Source: Macrostomum lignano (taxonomy: Eukaryota). From it: a stretch of DNA of 64,000 bases. The translations under genes and the position numbers were made by a program. Below are positions 1-14,074 of this stretch, piece by piece (within the stretch, counting starts at the first letter, position 1; each line of letters starts with the position of its first letter). Where the stretch lies: positions 38,131 to 102,130 of the forward strand of contig NIVC01003362.1 of NCBI GenBank assembly GCA_002269645.1. The letters run 5' to 3'. The notes under the pieces are model-generated. The model made no database searches, was not told the DNA's origin, and saw only the letters and a program-made list of their open reading frames with translations.

Positions 1-895
1 AACTTATGTGCCAGCTAGTATCAGTGAAAAAGTTAAAAATCAAACAAAAAACCAAAATTTATACTTTACCCTATATATATTCCTAAGTCTCTCTAACCCA
101 AAATTTGCCAAAGGTCTTCAAAATCTTTTTTATAAGATGGCTATTTAAATTTCAATTTAATATAGACAAACCATTTATGTTTAGTAATGAACTATGAGTA
201 ATATGTACTTAATTGAATTGTTGGTTTTTAGCATTAGTAAAATAAAATAAGTCAGAGGTGTTAATAAATGACAAGTGTTTAATTGGCTAGTCAATGGAAA
301 TAGTAGGGCCTATTCAAGCATAAATGATTTATAAATTCACTGTCTATTTTTTGTCAGTCAATGAAATTATTCTATTAATAAACTTGTAGCTATAGACACA
401 TTAGAATAATTTTTTGCCAGGAATGCTTTAGAAGAAACAAGGACTACTATAGTAGACCTAGGATCAAAGATTAGACCAACACATGATGCCATAAAAATTG
501 AACAGAGTTGAAAAATCCTAGAAATTTTCAGAGATTCCACATAACTGTTTTATCTGTTTGATCAATTGTTCTTATATTTTATGCTATTGAACACAGTTGT
601 ATCTATGAGTATATCTAAATTTTCAGCTGACTTGAGCATTCCTATAAAAAAGTGACCTCAGTCCAGAAACGTAAGACACCCAATTGTATAATTGAATTAA
701 TTTTTTCCTTATATATGTCTATTAGAACACTACTATAGGTATACTATTGCATACTCTTACTATTAATTCGAGAAATAAACTTTCTAAGCCTGTTAAAGTT
801 ACTTAATTCAGTGATGACAAAACAAATAACTTCAGCCAATTATTGATGCAAACAAGCCTCGCAATGTTAGGCGCCTACTAGCTTAGCTTTAAACG

Positions 896-3800
896 ATGGC
901 AGCCAACCGAGCTACACAGCAAAAGCGCCGATCTGTGAGTTTCATTAGAATTGTGCTCAAATAATACCTGTAATTCCTTCAAAAGTATCCATATGCACTA
1001 AAAATCGCCGTACAATCTCTAAATCATCTATTTACAGCCACACAGGTCATTCCTGTACATCCCCACAGATCATTTCTGTACATCCTCACAGCTCATTTCT
1101 GTACAACATCCCTACAGATCATTTCTGTACATCCCCACAGATCATCCCTGTACATTCCCACAGATTCCCACAGATTCCCACAGATCATCCCTGTACATTC
1201 CCACAGATTCCCACAGATCATCCCTGTACATTCCCACAGATCATCCCTGTACATTCCCACAGATCATCCCTGTACATACCCACAGATCATCCTTGTACAT
1301 TCCCTCAGATTCCCACAGATCATCCCTGTACGTCCCCACAGATCATCCCTGTACATACCCACAGGTCATCCCTGTACATACCCACAGATCATCTCTTCTA
1401 CCTCCACACAGATCATTCCTGTACATACCCACAGATCATCCCTGTACATACCCACAGATCATTCCTGTACATACCCACAGATCATCCCTGTACATACCCA
1501 CAGATCATCCCTGTACATACCCACAGATCATCCCTGTACATACCCACAGATCATCCCTGTACATACCCACAGATCATCCCTGTACATACCCACAGATCAT
1601 CCCTGTACATACCCATAGATCATCCCTGTACATACCCACAGATCATCCCTGTACATACCCACAGATCATCCCTGTACATACCCACAGATCATCCCTGTAC
1701 ATACCCATAGATCATCCCTGTACATACCCCAGGTCATTCCTGTACATACCCACAGATCATTCCTGTACATACCCACAGATCATCCCTGTACATACCCACA
1801 GATCATCCCTGTACATACCCACAGATCATCCCTGTACATACCCACAGATCATCCCTGTACATACCCATAGATCATCCCTGTACATACCCCCAGGTCATTC
1901 CTGTACATACCCACAGATCATTCCTGTACATACCCACAGATCATCCCTGTACATACCCACAGATCATCCCTGTACATACCCACAGATCATCCCTGTGTAC
2001 ATCCCTGCAGATAATCCCTGTTCACCGCAGGCACAGAGCTGCTTATTGCTGAGCAAGAAACCCATTTACTCACAATTTCATTCACAGGGCTGTCTGAAAG
2101 GTGGTGCAGCCGCCGAGGCTTCAGCATCGCCGTCGCCTTCAGATGCAAATGCTGACGACCTCCAGCTGCCGGGCTGGGGCGGTCAGAGCCCGGTGGCACC
2201 TCGTTACGCCCTGTCAATGCTGGACTCCGGGCTGAAGATTCGACTCACAGCTCGGCGCGAGCTGCACGAGGAGCTGGAGCAGCAAGGGCCGGACAATGAC
2301 TCCAGTGAGTGCTGAGCTGCTTCCAATCAGCTGTTTCAGTTGTGAAAGGGGCGAGAAATGACTAGTGAATGACTCTGAGCAAATTTTTCCTTCTAGAAGC
2401 AGCAGCAGCCTCGCCAAAACCAGAGCCTATGCCGATGCCGCCCGAGCTTCTGGAATCTGATGGCGAAGAGCTGCTGGAAGAGGGCGGCGACAGTGACATT
2501 GAGGATGCCGCGGCGCCGCAGCTGCAGACGCCGCCGCCACCGCGAAACACAGTCGAGATTGTGTACACTGTGGATAGCGTGCAGCTGTCAGCGAGTGGCA
2601 CCATTGACTTCAGCTCGAGCTGCCCACCCCTCAGCATCAAGCGGTTAATCCCGATCGCCTCTGTACCGTTGGGTTCCACTCGGCAGCCGCCAGCGCTGGC
2701 CACAGTGCGCGGAGCCGGCCTCGGCCTGGCCAGGCTGGTGGACAGGATGTACGATCGGCAGCTCGGGCTGCTAGCTGATGCCGACTACGGCGAAGGAGAG
2801 GGCGAGTTTCCGCTACTCCTGCTGCCTGCTGCCCGTCTGCCATGGGCCTCCCTGACTGTCCACCGCCTGCCCGAGGCAGCGCCGGCGGCCTCCATCGACC
2901 CGGCACCGCCGCCGGATTGGTGGCTGGCGTCCGACGGGCCCGACAGCGAAGTCAACCTCAACAGCCTGCGGCGGGTGAGTCCGTGGCGGGTTGGCTGATT
3001 CTTCAGTGCCCCTCCCTGATTCTTCAGTGCCCCTCCCTGATTCTTCAATGCCCTTCCCTGATTCTTCAGTGCCCCTCCCTGATTCTTCAATGCCCTTCCC
3101 TGATTCTTCAGTGCCCCTCCCTGATTCTTCAATGCCCCTCCCTGATTCTTGAGTGCCCCTCCCTGATTCTTCAGTGCCCCCTCCCTGATTCTTGAGTGCC
3201 CCTCCCTGATTCTTCAATGCCCCTCCCTGATTATTGAGTGCCCCCCTCCCTGATTCTTCAGCCCCACTCCCTGATTATTCAGAGCCCCTCCCTGATTCTT
3301 CAGCCCCACTCCCTGATTATTCAGAGCCCCTCCATGATTATTCAGAGCCCCTCCCTGATTATTCAGAGCCCCTCCCTGATTCTTCAATGCCCCTCCCTGA
3401 TTCTTCAGTGCCCTCCCTGATTCTTCAGTGCCCCTCCCTGATTCTTCAGTGCCCCTCCCTGATTCTTCAATGCCCCTCCCTGATTCTTCAGTGCCCCTCC
3501 CTGATTCTTCAGTGCCCCTCCCTGATTCTTCAGTGCCCCTCCCTGATTCTTCAATGCCCCTCCCTGATTCTTCAGTGCCCCTCCCTGATTCTTCAGTGCC
3601 CCTCCCTGATTTTTCAATGCCCCCTTCCTGATTCTTGAGTGCCCCCCTCCCTGATTCTTCAATGCCCCTCCCTGATTCTTTAGTGCCCCCTTCCTGATTC
3701 TTGAGTGCCCCCCTCCCTGATTCTTCAATGCCCCTCCCTGATTCTTCAGTGCCCCTCCCTGATTCTTCAGTGCCCCTCCCTGATTCTTCAGTGCCCCTCC

Positions 3801-3950
3801 CTGATTTTCAGTCCACTACCCTGATTTTCACTCTCTCTGATTTTTAGTCCACTCTCCCTGATTTTCAGTCCACCTTCCCTAATTTTCATTCTGATTTTCA
3901 GTCCTATTACTGATCCCCTAGCTGGTGCCGCTACCCTGTACTGTTTTCTG
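896..3950 (+). CDS. Uncharacterised protein, 4 exons (896-934, 2031-2304, 2397-2974, 3921-3950), about 306 aa
   Basis: ATG at 896 with a GTGAGT donor at 935. Further donors GTGAGT at 2305 and 2975; acceptors CCGCAG 2030, TTCTAG 2396 and CCCTAG 3920. Phases 0/1/0 join into one open frame (MAANRATQQKRRS-AQSCLL...NLNSLRR-LVPLPCTVF*). The last exon is the least certain. No recognisable domain. Confidence 0.6.
1040..2000. repeat. 23-bp minisatellite (CCCACAGATCATCCCTGTACATA) in intron 1 of the first gene
   Basis: Direct tandem copies, ending about 30 nt before the acceptor at 2030. Confidence 0.95.
2995..3900. repeat. 21-bp minisatellite (CTGATTCTTCAGTGCCCCTCC) filling intron 3
   Basis: Tandem copies, degenerating toward 3900; they produce the 7-aa-repeat pseudo-ORFs in the track. 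Confidence 0.95.
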
Positions 3951-5220
3951 AGAAGCCTCATCTAAAATCCAGGCAGCAAATTAACTGCATTGTTGATAAA
4001 TTTCAGAGCAACATCTTCAGGCAGCAATTTGGTTAGTACATCGCAAAATGTCACCCGGAGGTCCTACTGGCCCGCGAGATACTGCTAACAGTAGTGACAC
4101 ACAGTTAACTTTCTGTACACTATTCTGGCGTATTTTTCAGTGTGCATTCAGCTGTTTTTTTTCTCAATTATAATTCTGTCAATCATCGCTCATCTCCGGC
4201 TAAGCCTTGATCAATTTTCTCCCATCTTGCAAGTTCCTGTTTCCTGTAAAGTTTTTCTGCCACTAAGGATGTCATCTTTGCATACGTAATTTATTCAGCT
4301 TTTTGTACAGTAAATTTAATTAAAAGTGTATGTAGATATTGGTTTTGCTAGATGTGTTAAAATAAATATTAATTTTATACTAATAGTATTAGTTACAGTT
4401 TATTTTAGACATTACACTATGCCAAAGGCTGCTGCTTATTTTCCTGTGTCACTCTGTCTGACCGCGTATAACTCGAAGTGGAGCTTTTTAAAAGCAGAGT
4501 TTGTCCTCTTGTTTTAAACAAATAACTTGTCCTTTTACTCGAGAGTTAGATTTTAAAGATAATTTTGTTAAAATATCAGTAGCGCAACTGCCACCTGCCT
4601 CTTGAGTTGTTTTTGTTGTCTTTTTGTACATAAAGTTTCATTAATTTTATCACGTCTGCAAAATTCTGTTTTTAATAAATTAACTGCTTCGAGAAATAAA
4701 TAAATTGAAAAAAATAAGACTCGTGATTGTTTAAAAGTTAACTAATTTGATATATGGATATTCTGTCCGAAGTGAATAATCAATATTTACTTTATCCAGT
4801 GTCCAATGCAAGTAGATATTTTAGCAAATACAAAATGGCAACATGTAATTTTGTCAGTCTGCACAGACTCACTAACACAGCTAAGCCTAACTTAGGTAAG
4901 TAGTTTAGAGTCGGGGAAGACAGACAGGGGATCAGCCACTGCCAGCACAACATGGCTGGAACCCTGGGATAGGGTAAACTGAAGGTTAAATTATTATAGA
5001 CAAACTAAAGTTGAGAAATGTACCTCAGTAGTGGTTGAAGTAAGCAATTAGTAAATTATTGCAATAGTATTACAATATACACTTTGACTCGACAAAATAC
5101 TGAAGTAAATCAACCGCAGCTGGCCTCTACAGTTACGGCTCGAATAAATGTGCAATTTATGAAAGATTTTCAGCTTTGTTAATCTATGGTAAATTAATTA
5201 CTACTCAGGCCAGTAATGCA

Positions 5221-6024
5221 TTATACTCGGGATTCCCTAGGCTCCGAACTCATGCTGGCAGCGGGGCGCCTGCTGCTGGCTGGCAAGCTTGCAGAATGAG
5301 CTGGCTGAATTGAAAGTTTTGCTTCTGGTCGCTGCTGCCGCTGCTGCGATGGCCGCAGACTCTGTCCGTCTTGTGGAGGCTTTGATGACCTGGCTACAGG
5401 AATCGGGGCCTCCCTATGCAAGTCATTATTTGCGGCGGCGGCGGCGGGGCTCTGCCTCAGCTGCGGCAGTATGCTCTCCAGAGTGCTCCGGACGTCCCTC
5501 GGCGTCGGCGCCGCAGACATTAATCGGCGCACTGCGGCCTCCGCATTCAGCAGGTCGAGCAGCAGGCGGCGCAGCTGCTTCTCCCATTCCTTGTCGTCGA
5601 AGTCTTTGTCGCCGGGCGCGGGTCGCAGCTGGTATTCCTGTACTTCGTTGCCATCTAAAGCCGATACGTAGCCCATGCATTTAAGCACTTCCTCGTGCAG
5701 AGCTACGTGTCTCAATGTGTGGATATAATAGCCCGTACAAGTTCTCACTTTGTGGTACTCCTGTTTCCAGGGAAACATCAGCAGGTTAAAGGTCATGTAA
5801 GCGAAGCTGTGGAATGCTGTTATCAACAGAGGCAGGCTTAGGCTACTATTGACATTTCTTAAAATCAGCTGCTGCATGAAAATATTGCGGCAAACTAACT
5901 TCTCCTTTGAATTAATCTCAGTGCATGCATCTTGGTGCACCTGCTGCCAATCAGATGGCCAGACCTCCAAGTTGTCTTTTAGGCTCCATGGTGGCTGTTG
6001 CTGGTCATCTGGAGGCCTCGCCAT
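5221..6024 (-). CDS. SPATA2/tamozhennic-like PUB-domain protein, single exon, 267 aa
   Basis: ATG-to-TAA ORF. The segment AFHSFAYMTFNLLMFPWKQEYHKVRTCTGYYIHTL resembles the SPATA2/tamo PUB signature (AF..LE....NL.L.PW.KE.R.IK.YTG.F/Y), followed by MGY and a low-complexity tail. Confidence 0.7.
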   Translation of the reverse strand: MARPPDDQQQPPWSLKDNLEVWPSDWQQVHQDACTEINSKEKLVCRNIFMQQLILRNVNSSLSLPLLITAFHSFAYMTFNLLMFPWKQEYHKVRTCTGYYIHTLRHVALHEEVLKCMGYVSALDGNEVQEYQLRPAPGDKDFDDKEWEKQLRRLLLDLLNAEAAVRRLMSAAPTPRDVRSTLESILPQLRQSPAAAAANNDLHREAPIPVARSSKPPQDGQSLRPSQQRQQRPEAKLSIQPAHSASLPASSRRPAASMSSEPRESRV

Positions 6025-8000
6025 GCATCCAGGTTTTTGAGTTGAAATTCAAAAACTATCAAAATTATGAGGCAACTTTGTTAAATTAGTGCCTTCAATA
6101 TATCAAACATCTACACAAGGATATTATAGTCGTAGTACATTAGTTGAATTACTTTTAAATCTTATATCTAAAGCTGAGTGGATCTCCTAGATGGCAGCCA
6201 GCAGGCAACTCAAATGTGGGACTTATATATATCAATGCAGAATTTTCCAATGCAACAAATAGGCTATATTAATGTTGAAAATTTCAAAATTATGTTGGTT
6301 AAAAAAGCAAAAAACACTTATTAAAACTTTCTTTGGCCACTTTGCCTCTCTAGTAGAAAGGTGGTGGCATGTTTATAAAAAAGGGTTAGAGAGGAGACAG
6401 CTATCAATTTCTAACTGCCGCTATGTATTGGAAGAAGGTGGGTTGCTATATATTAAGTAAAGTAGGTGGCCCACATTTTATGCTCAATGCAAAAAACCAA
6501 AAACCCCCATCTTGGAAATGCAATTAAATTTAATTTTATTTATATAAAGCTAAACAGCTAAAAGTTGTTAAAAATTATAAGAGATTTTTTATAACTGTTG
6601 CAATTTTAAATTTACAATTAAACTATTTAAAAAAAGTCATCAAAGATATACCTGTAGTAGAATTAAAGGTTTAGCCTATAACTATATTTTGAATTAGCTC
6701 TTTTTTTGGCACAAAGGACAATAACAATAATATATATTATTTAATGTCAATGCAATAATTAGTATCAGTTTTTTCAATTCTTTTGGTTAGTCATGTATAT
6801 AAAATTTATATTTTATTACATGTATTTTATATTGTGTAAATTTAATTGAAAAATCAAATATGAAAAGTGGTTAGAGTGAACATTGTGATAGATAGTTAAA
6901 GAGATAATTGTTGGTTTGAATTTGAACTTTCACTCAATCTAAGTAGAATTTTTAGTGACAAAGCAATTGTTTTTTATTCTTTGAAAATGATACTGATGAT
7001 TGATATTCACTGATGTGATGGAGAGCTTCAGATAAAAAATCTGCAAGAGGAAGGATTAACAAAAAAGTATATAATCAATGTTTTTGTTTGGGAGCTATGC
7101 AGAAAGATGATAAGAAAACGGAAACCAAAGCAATTAAAATATTAATTACTCAGTGTTCCAAACATGTTCTGTACAGTAAGGAGCGAATCAGGAGCTGAGG
7201 TAATTTTATGGAACAGGCTTAATATAGTATTGTATAGTAATCGTTAATACGTTGCAAGAACACCCGTTTAAATACGATGTTATTGATAAATACAACAAAC
7301 AAGAACAGCCTTTTGTAATACTTTATTTTCAAAAAATCAGTAAATTTCTTTAAAATGCCGTGTAAAATGTGAAAATCTAAAAGTAGCATATATATTACTA
7401 GTAAATTTTGTTTTAACTTTTGTATCCACAACACTACCGAGTGCGGCAATTCAGTTTTCAACATCTTTTACTTTTCTGCACTGAGAACAGCTAAACGCAA
7501 GCGATTCGACTAGCACAGCGATTGTAGCGATAGTTAAATTCCTTAATGTATAACTTTCTAATGGTACATAAATATATTTAAAATTTAAGCATCCAAAATC
7601 GTTCCAAATCTGTCACATGTGGTTTCTTATTTCAGTATAAATTTTGTGAACGTACTAAGAGAAGTTTTTTATTCCACCTTGCCTAAAAATTTTAAATTCT
7701 GTAGATGAGTATTTATATATTTTATTGCTTTAGATGGAGAAGAAAGCTGTGGTAGATACTGCAGCACAAAACATTTTTGCAGACAAGAGATACAACTTTT
7801 ATTTACATTCGTCAAGCTGAAAATCAAAATAATATACCTGAAACTAAAAACTATTAGCTTCTTGATGATCAGCAGGATTAATTAAAATTTTACCTGAATT
7901 AATAACCAGCTTACTTTCTATATGGTTTTTTATGTACCTAAATGAGATGAGCATTGAATATAATTTTGTTTCTAGCAAATGAATAACTGCATATACAAAT

Positions 8001-8283
8001 GGCAATGGCTTGAGTTCCGGCACCGGAACCCATTTTCTAACGGCTACGGATCCGGCATGAGATATAGATGGAACATTATATTTTTCTTTCTACATGTGGC
8101 TGATATTGAGATTTTGTTCTAGATTAAAATTAAAGACAATATGATAAGATTCAGGACGAGATGCTTCTAATATCCAGACTTCTTAAGATATGTTCTTAGC
8201 AGTCTTTATATGCTTCTATACGGCACTGCCGGATCCCTAGCTGTTAGAAAACGGGTTCCGGTACCGGAACTCTAGCCATTACC
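8001..8283. mobile_element. Mutator-like (MULE) MITE, 283 bp
   Basis: Terminal inverted repeats of about 57 bp (GGCAATGGCTTGAGTTCCGGCACCGGAACCCATTTTCTAAC... versus ...GTTAGAAAACGGGTTCCGGTACCGGAACTCTAGCCATTACC). Perfect 9-bp TSD TATACAAAT at 7992-8000 and 8284-8292. Confidence 0.85.
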
Positions 8284-8928
8284 TATACAAATACTTTTCT
8301 ATTTTGTGCATGGGATTTAGCTAAGGCTATTTACATTTTGCATTTCACACAATGACAGTATATTATGCAATATATATATTTATATTTTTTTATATATATA
8401 TATTTATATATTTATATTTTATTTTATTTATTACCTTTCTATTAGTATAAAGAACTTCTAAATTACTCAATAACTTTTCTTGAGTACTATTCCGCCGTAC
8501 ACGGTGAAACTGCAGAATTATATCACCATCGCATTGTTTGGTGCCTTCTATCGCATTCTATCCCTCAACTTTATTTTAGAAGTCTGTTCCTAGCTATAAT
8601 AAAGTGGCTTCTGTAGTATGTGTTGCGTAATTGAAGACTTGAACTCATTTGATGTGTAATTAAATATTAGAGAATAAATAGAATGAAAAGCCTAAAATGC
8701 ATTCAAGTTTTCAAAAATGAATGAATAGTTGCAATTTTATTGATCCAAATTCAAACTTTCAGGAAGTAAATTTTTATATATTCATACAAAGTAAAAAGCA
8801 TATTACTATGCTTTGCTCTGAAGCAGCCCCTAAGAATTTTGGCTGTTCTCACTCATAGTTAAGGTTTTTTTAAATCATTGCACTTGATTAACTCGCATGC
8901 GCCAATAGACTTGCTAAAAATAGCGATC

Positions 8929-9910
<982 letters not shown>

Positions 9911-10258
9911 AGGACGTTATTTCAGCTAAAAATATTTTGAGACACGATGTGAGGATTTTTGCATATTTTAATGTAATCTGTAGAGAAAAAATATGAAATA
10001 TAATTATTGATGCGAAGTTTTTACCGTAGCAAATGAACTAAGCTAGAAGTTTATGTCCTAAACCTGTGTCTGTTATTCTTTCCATCTATTGTCTGTATTT
10101 TTTCAAAAAAATCTTTCAACCAAAATTTGTCTGTCTTTTGGTTTAATCCACAATAAATACTTCTACAGTGCTGCTGGCGTTCTGTCCTTATGCTCGAAAT
10201 TTGTTTTTGTTTTTTTAAGAAAATATATCAGCATTGACTAGCGGGCCAGCACTGCTTT

Positions 10259-10650
10259 CAGTAGGGCTGGCAGCAGGATGTCAGTAGGGATGTCAGTAGA
10301 GATGTCAGTAGGGATGGCAGCAGGATGTCAGTAGGGATGGCAGCAGGATGTCAGTAGGGATGTCAGTAGAGATGTCAGTAGGGATGGCAGCAGGATGTCA
10401 GTAGGGATGGCAGCAGGATGTCAGCAGGAATAGCAGCAGGATGTCAGCAGGAATATCAGCAGGATGTCAGAAGGGATGGCAGCAGGATGTCAGAAGGGAT
10501 GGCAGCAGGATGTCAGTAGGGATGGCAGCAGGATGTCAGTAGAAGTGGCAGCAGGATGTCAGTAGGGATGGCAGCAGGATGTCAGTAGAAGTGGCAGCAG
10601 GATGTCAGTAGGGATGTCAGCAGGATATCAGAAAGGATCCCAGCAGGATG
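10259..10650. repeat. About 23-bp minisatellite (GGATGGCAGCAGGATGTCAGTAG)
   Basis: Tandem copies built from related 11-12-bp subunits. Confidence 0.9.
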
Positions 10651-10816
10651 GACATACAAGCTAAAAGAACATCAGGGAAAAATCACTGGTGCACCTGCTT
10701 CCCTCGCTAATACTTCGGCAGACAAAACCTACACACGGGTTTCCAATTCAGCCAGTCACCGTGAGCAGAGCTCCAAGCCGCGCAGAAGCCCCCAAGCGCC
10801 GCAGTCGGTCATCAGC

Positions 10817-13800
10817 ATGACGGAGCCGCCGCAGCCGCAGCTGCACCAGCGGCCGGCCACGGTGGCCGCCTGCGCCCGTCTCGGCCGAGTCGTCAGCGAC
10901 CCCGCACGCCGGCGCCGCTACCGCGCTGGCGGCGCTTCCAGCGCAAAGTGGCGACCTTTGGCGGTGCCTCCGCAGCCGCAGAAAGAGGTGCTTTGGAGTC
11001 TAGTAGAGTTGCAGTTAGTCTGTTCAAACATAACTTCAAAACATATAATCAGGTTAAAAAACTGAAACCAATCCCAAACATCTCCCAAACCACGACTAAA
11101 CATCTCCTAAACCATGACTTAAGCATCTCCTGAACCATGCCTAAGCAACTCCTGAACCATGACTTAAGCATCTCCTGAACCATGCCTAAGCATCTCCTGA
11201 ACCATGACTAAGCATCTCCTGAACCATGCCTAAGCATCTCCTGAACCATGCCTAAGCATCTCCTGAACCATGCCTAAGCATCTCCTGAACCATGCCTAAG
11301 CATCCTGAACGATGTCTAAGCATCTCCTGAACCACGACTAAGAATCTCCTGAACCATGACTAAACATCTTCCGAAACGTGACTAAGCATCTCCTGAATCG
11401 TGACTAAACATCACCTAAGCCATGACTAAGAATCTCCTGAACCATGACTAAGCATCTCCTGAACCATGACTAAACATCTTCCGAAACGTGACTAAGCATC
11501 TCCTGAATCGTGACTAAACATCACCTAAGCCATGACTAAGCATCTCCTGAACCATGACTAAACATCTTCCGAAACGTGACTAAGCATCTCCTGAATCGTG
11601 ACTAAACATCACCTAAGCCATGACTAAGCATCTCCTGAATCGTGACTAAACATCACCTAAGCCATAACTAAGCATCTCCTGAACCATGACTAAGCATCTC
11701 CTGAACCATGACTAAACATCTTCCGAAACGTGACTAAGCATCTCCTGAATCGTGACTAAACATCACCTAAGCCATGACTAAGCATATCCTGAACCATGCC
11801 TAATGCATGCACAAAAATTTCAACAAGCAAACACAAGATAAAAAAAGCACACCAAATGCTCTTGCTTTCATCCACACCCTGCTTAAACCTGCTTCTCACT
11901 AAGAACTGAAGCTGCAATGCAGTGAAAATCACCCATTCTGCTCTCCTGAACCCAATCGAACCGATACCTTCTTCACACTCAAGCCCGAGCGCGGCTTCGC
12001 CCTCTTCTCCTCGCTCACTGCCCGACGCCGTCAAGAGGCCGCTGATTTGACTCCGTCGACTCCGCCGACGCCGCTGGACGCCGGCCAGCTGTTCGCTGCA
12101 GAGCCAACGGCCGCATCAGCGTCCAGCAACGACGCTCTGGTTGGCCACCTGCGCGAGCGAGTCGATGCCCTGGCCAGCCTGCTCGAGGAGGAGCGCCAAC
12201 GTCGATGCGCTGAGGTGGCGGAGCTGACGGCCGAGGCTGGCAGGTCGCTGGCGCGCCAGGCCCAGATGCAGGAGGCTGAGGTGGCCGAGCTGGCGGCCCA
12301 GCAGAGGGCTGAGCTGGCCCGCATCGCCGAAGAGAACGCCAAGATGGTAGGTGCCTTCCAACAGGGACCCAACCCTAACCCTAACCCTAACCCTAACCCT
12401 AACCCTAACCCTAACCCTAACCCTAACCCTAACCCTAACCCTAACCCTAACCCTAACCCTAACCCTAACCCTGATTCGTTGTTAATTGAAATTTAGGTTA
12501 AACCAGCAGCTCATCATTAAGAATTGATAGTAAAAGAAAAATCTGATTTTTAAAGAAACAGGTATCATGTTTTTAGGTTTGTTCAGACCAGTTTTCATTA
12601 ACTGAATCCTTGCATTTTGTTATGCAACTCTGATATTGTTGAAAAATGATTTAATCCAAACTAAAACCTGCAAGTAGCATCAGGCAGCTCTAAAAGTACT
12701 TTCGCCAATCTTGCGCAGCTGCAGGCCGAGGCAGATCGCCGACGCGAGTCGCTCAGTCAGCTCGAGTCTCGCATCGAATATCTTGACGGCGGCTTTCACA
12801 GTTTTGTGCAGGCCAGCGGTCGCCGCTTCGAAGCGCGCTGGTCAGCGCGGGCCGCCGAGCTGACAGCCGAGAACGAGGCAGCTGCTAGGCAAATGGCGGA
12901 GCTGGCCGCGGCCAGGGCGGCCCAGGAGACGGAGGACCAGCTGTCGGCGGCGCGGGCGGCCAATGCGGCGGCAACGGAGCAGCTGCGTCGGCGCCAAGCC
13001 GAAGCGCTGGAGGAGTTACGGCAGTTGCACGCGCCAGACGAGGCCGCAATGCTGCAGCTGGCGGCTACAGACGCGGAGGTCAAGGTGAGTAGGGAGGGAA
13101 AAGTCGGAATTTGTAGTCTACACTCGGCGATATTCTTTTTTACTCGAACATGTTTGCGGCATTGATTATATCTATGGCACAATCTCTCTTGGTTAGTACG
13201 GGATTGATTATGTCTATGGCACAATCCCCCTGGCTAGTGCGGGATTGATTATGTCTATGGCACAATCTCTCTTGGTTAGTACGGGATTGATTATGTCTAT
13301 GGCACAATCCCCTGGCTAGTGCGGGATTGATAATGTCTATGGCACAATCTGCCTGGATTATTCCCCTATAGACGGCGGATTCTACAATGCTGCTGAGTTT
13401 TATATGGAAAGCCTATATCTCTGGGTGTAGTTTGTACATCGTATGACAAAGAAGTAGTGAAGTTTTACGTAAAAGTTTGCCTCGAACTCATAAATACACG
13501 TAGTGACTCCAGTGCTTCAATCAATACAAACATGCGTAGCTATACTTGTAATCCTTTGCTGAAGAAGTGAAGGATTGCCAAACATTTTGAGTAGCGAAAT
13601 CCATTTGAGCAGGCTTAAATCTGAGTAAGGTGTACAACGGCCCCGATTTTTCAATGTTAGACATGTACACTCTCTGTGTTTTCGGGGTTGACCCTCAGAG
13701 GCAAGAGTTAAACAAGAGCATTTAGACAAGTTCTGCCGTCCGCCTCGAACTTGCAGAGCAAACAGTCGCAGCTTCAGTCGCTGCGCCAGCAGCTCAACTC

Positions 13801-14074
13801 CAGGGCGCGCGATCTTCGCGAGGCCCGACGCCAGCTGGCCGATGCCCAGACGGAGCTGCGTGCGGCGGCCGCGGCAGATGCCAGCAACAATGTTGAGCGC
13901 CTGGCGGAAGTCGAGGCGGCCTGGCAGGAGCGGCTGACTCGGCAGCGGACGGAGCTCGAGGATCTGCGCCGGGCCTGCGAAGAAGTCGGTGCGCCCATCG
14001 CGTCGCGGACGACTTCTCGGCGGCCGGCGGCAACGCGGCAGAGACGCGCCAGCTTCCCAGCCTCATCAGTCTAA
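10817..14074 (+). CDS. Coiled-coil protein; exons about 10817-10987, 11984-12346, 12719-13084, 13757-14074 (may extend 5')
   Basis: GC-rich exons rich in E/A/R/L/Q heptads. Donors GTAGGT at 12347 and GTGAGT at 13085; acceptors at 11983, 12718 and 13756; all junctions phase 0 and in frame. The first and last boundaries are less certain. Confidence 0.6.
11085..11802. repeat. 22-bp minisatellite (CATGACTAAGCATCTCCTGAAC) with higher-order variant blocks
   Basis: Tandem copies with a recurring multi-unit variant pattern (CATCTTCCGAAACG / CTGAATCG / CACCTAAGC). Confidence 0.93.
12371..12472. repeat. Interstitial telomeric repeat (CCCTAA)x17
   Basis: Perfect AACCCT array of 102 bp starting about 24 nt after the donor at 12347. 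Confidence 0.97.
13157..13360. repeat. About 41-bp minisatellite (GGATTGATTATGTCTATGGCACAATC...), about 5 copies
   Basis: Tandem copies with two alternating variants, inside an intron. Confidence 0.9.

Noticed and set aside
1293-2030. 340-aa ORF with YIPTDHPCT repeats
   Set aside because: Translation of the 23-bp intronic minisatellite; only the part after the acceptor at 2030 is a plausible exon.
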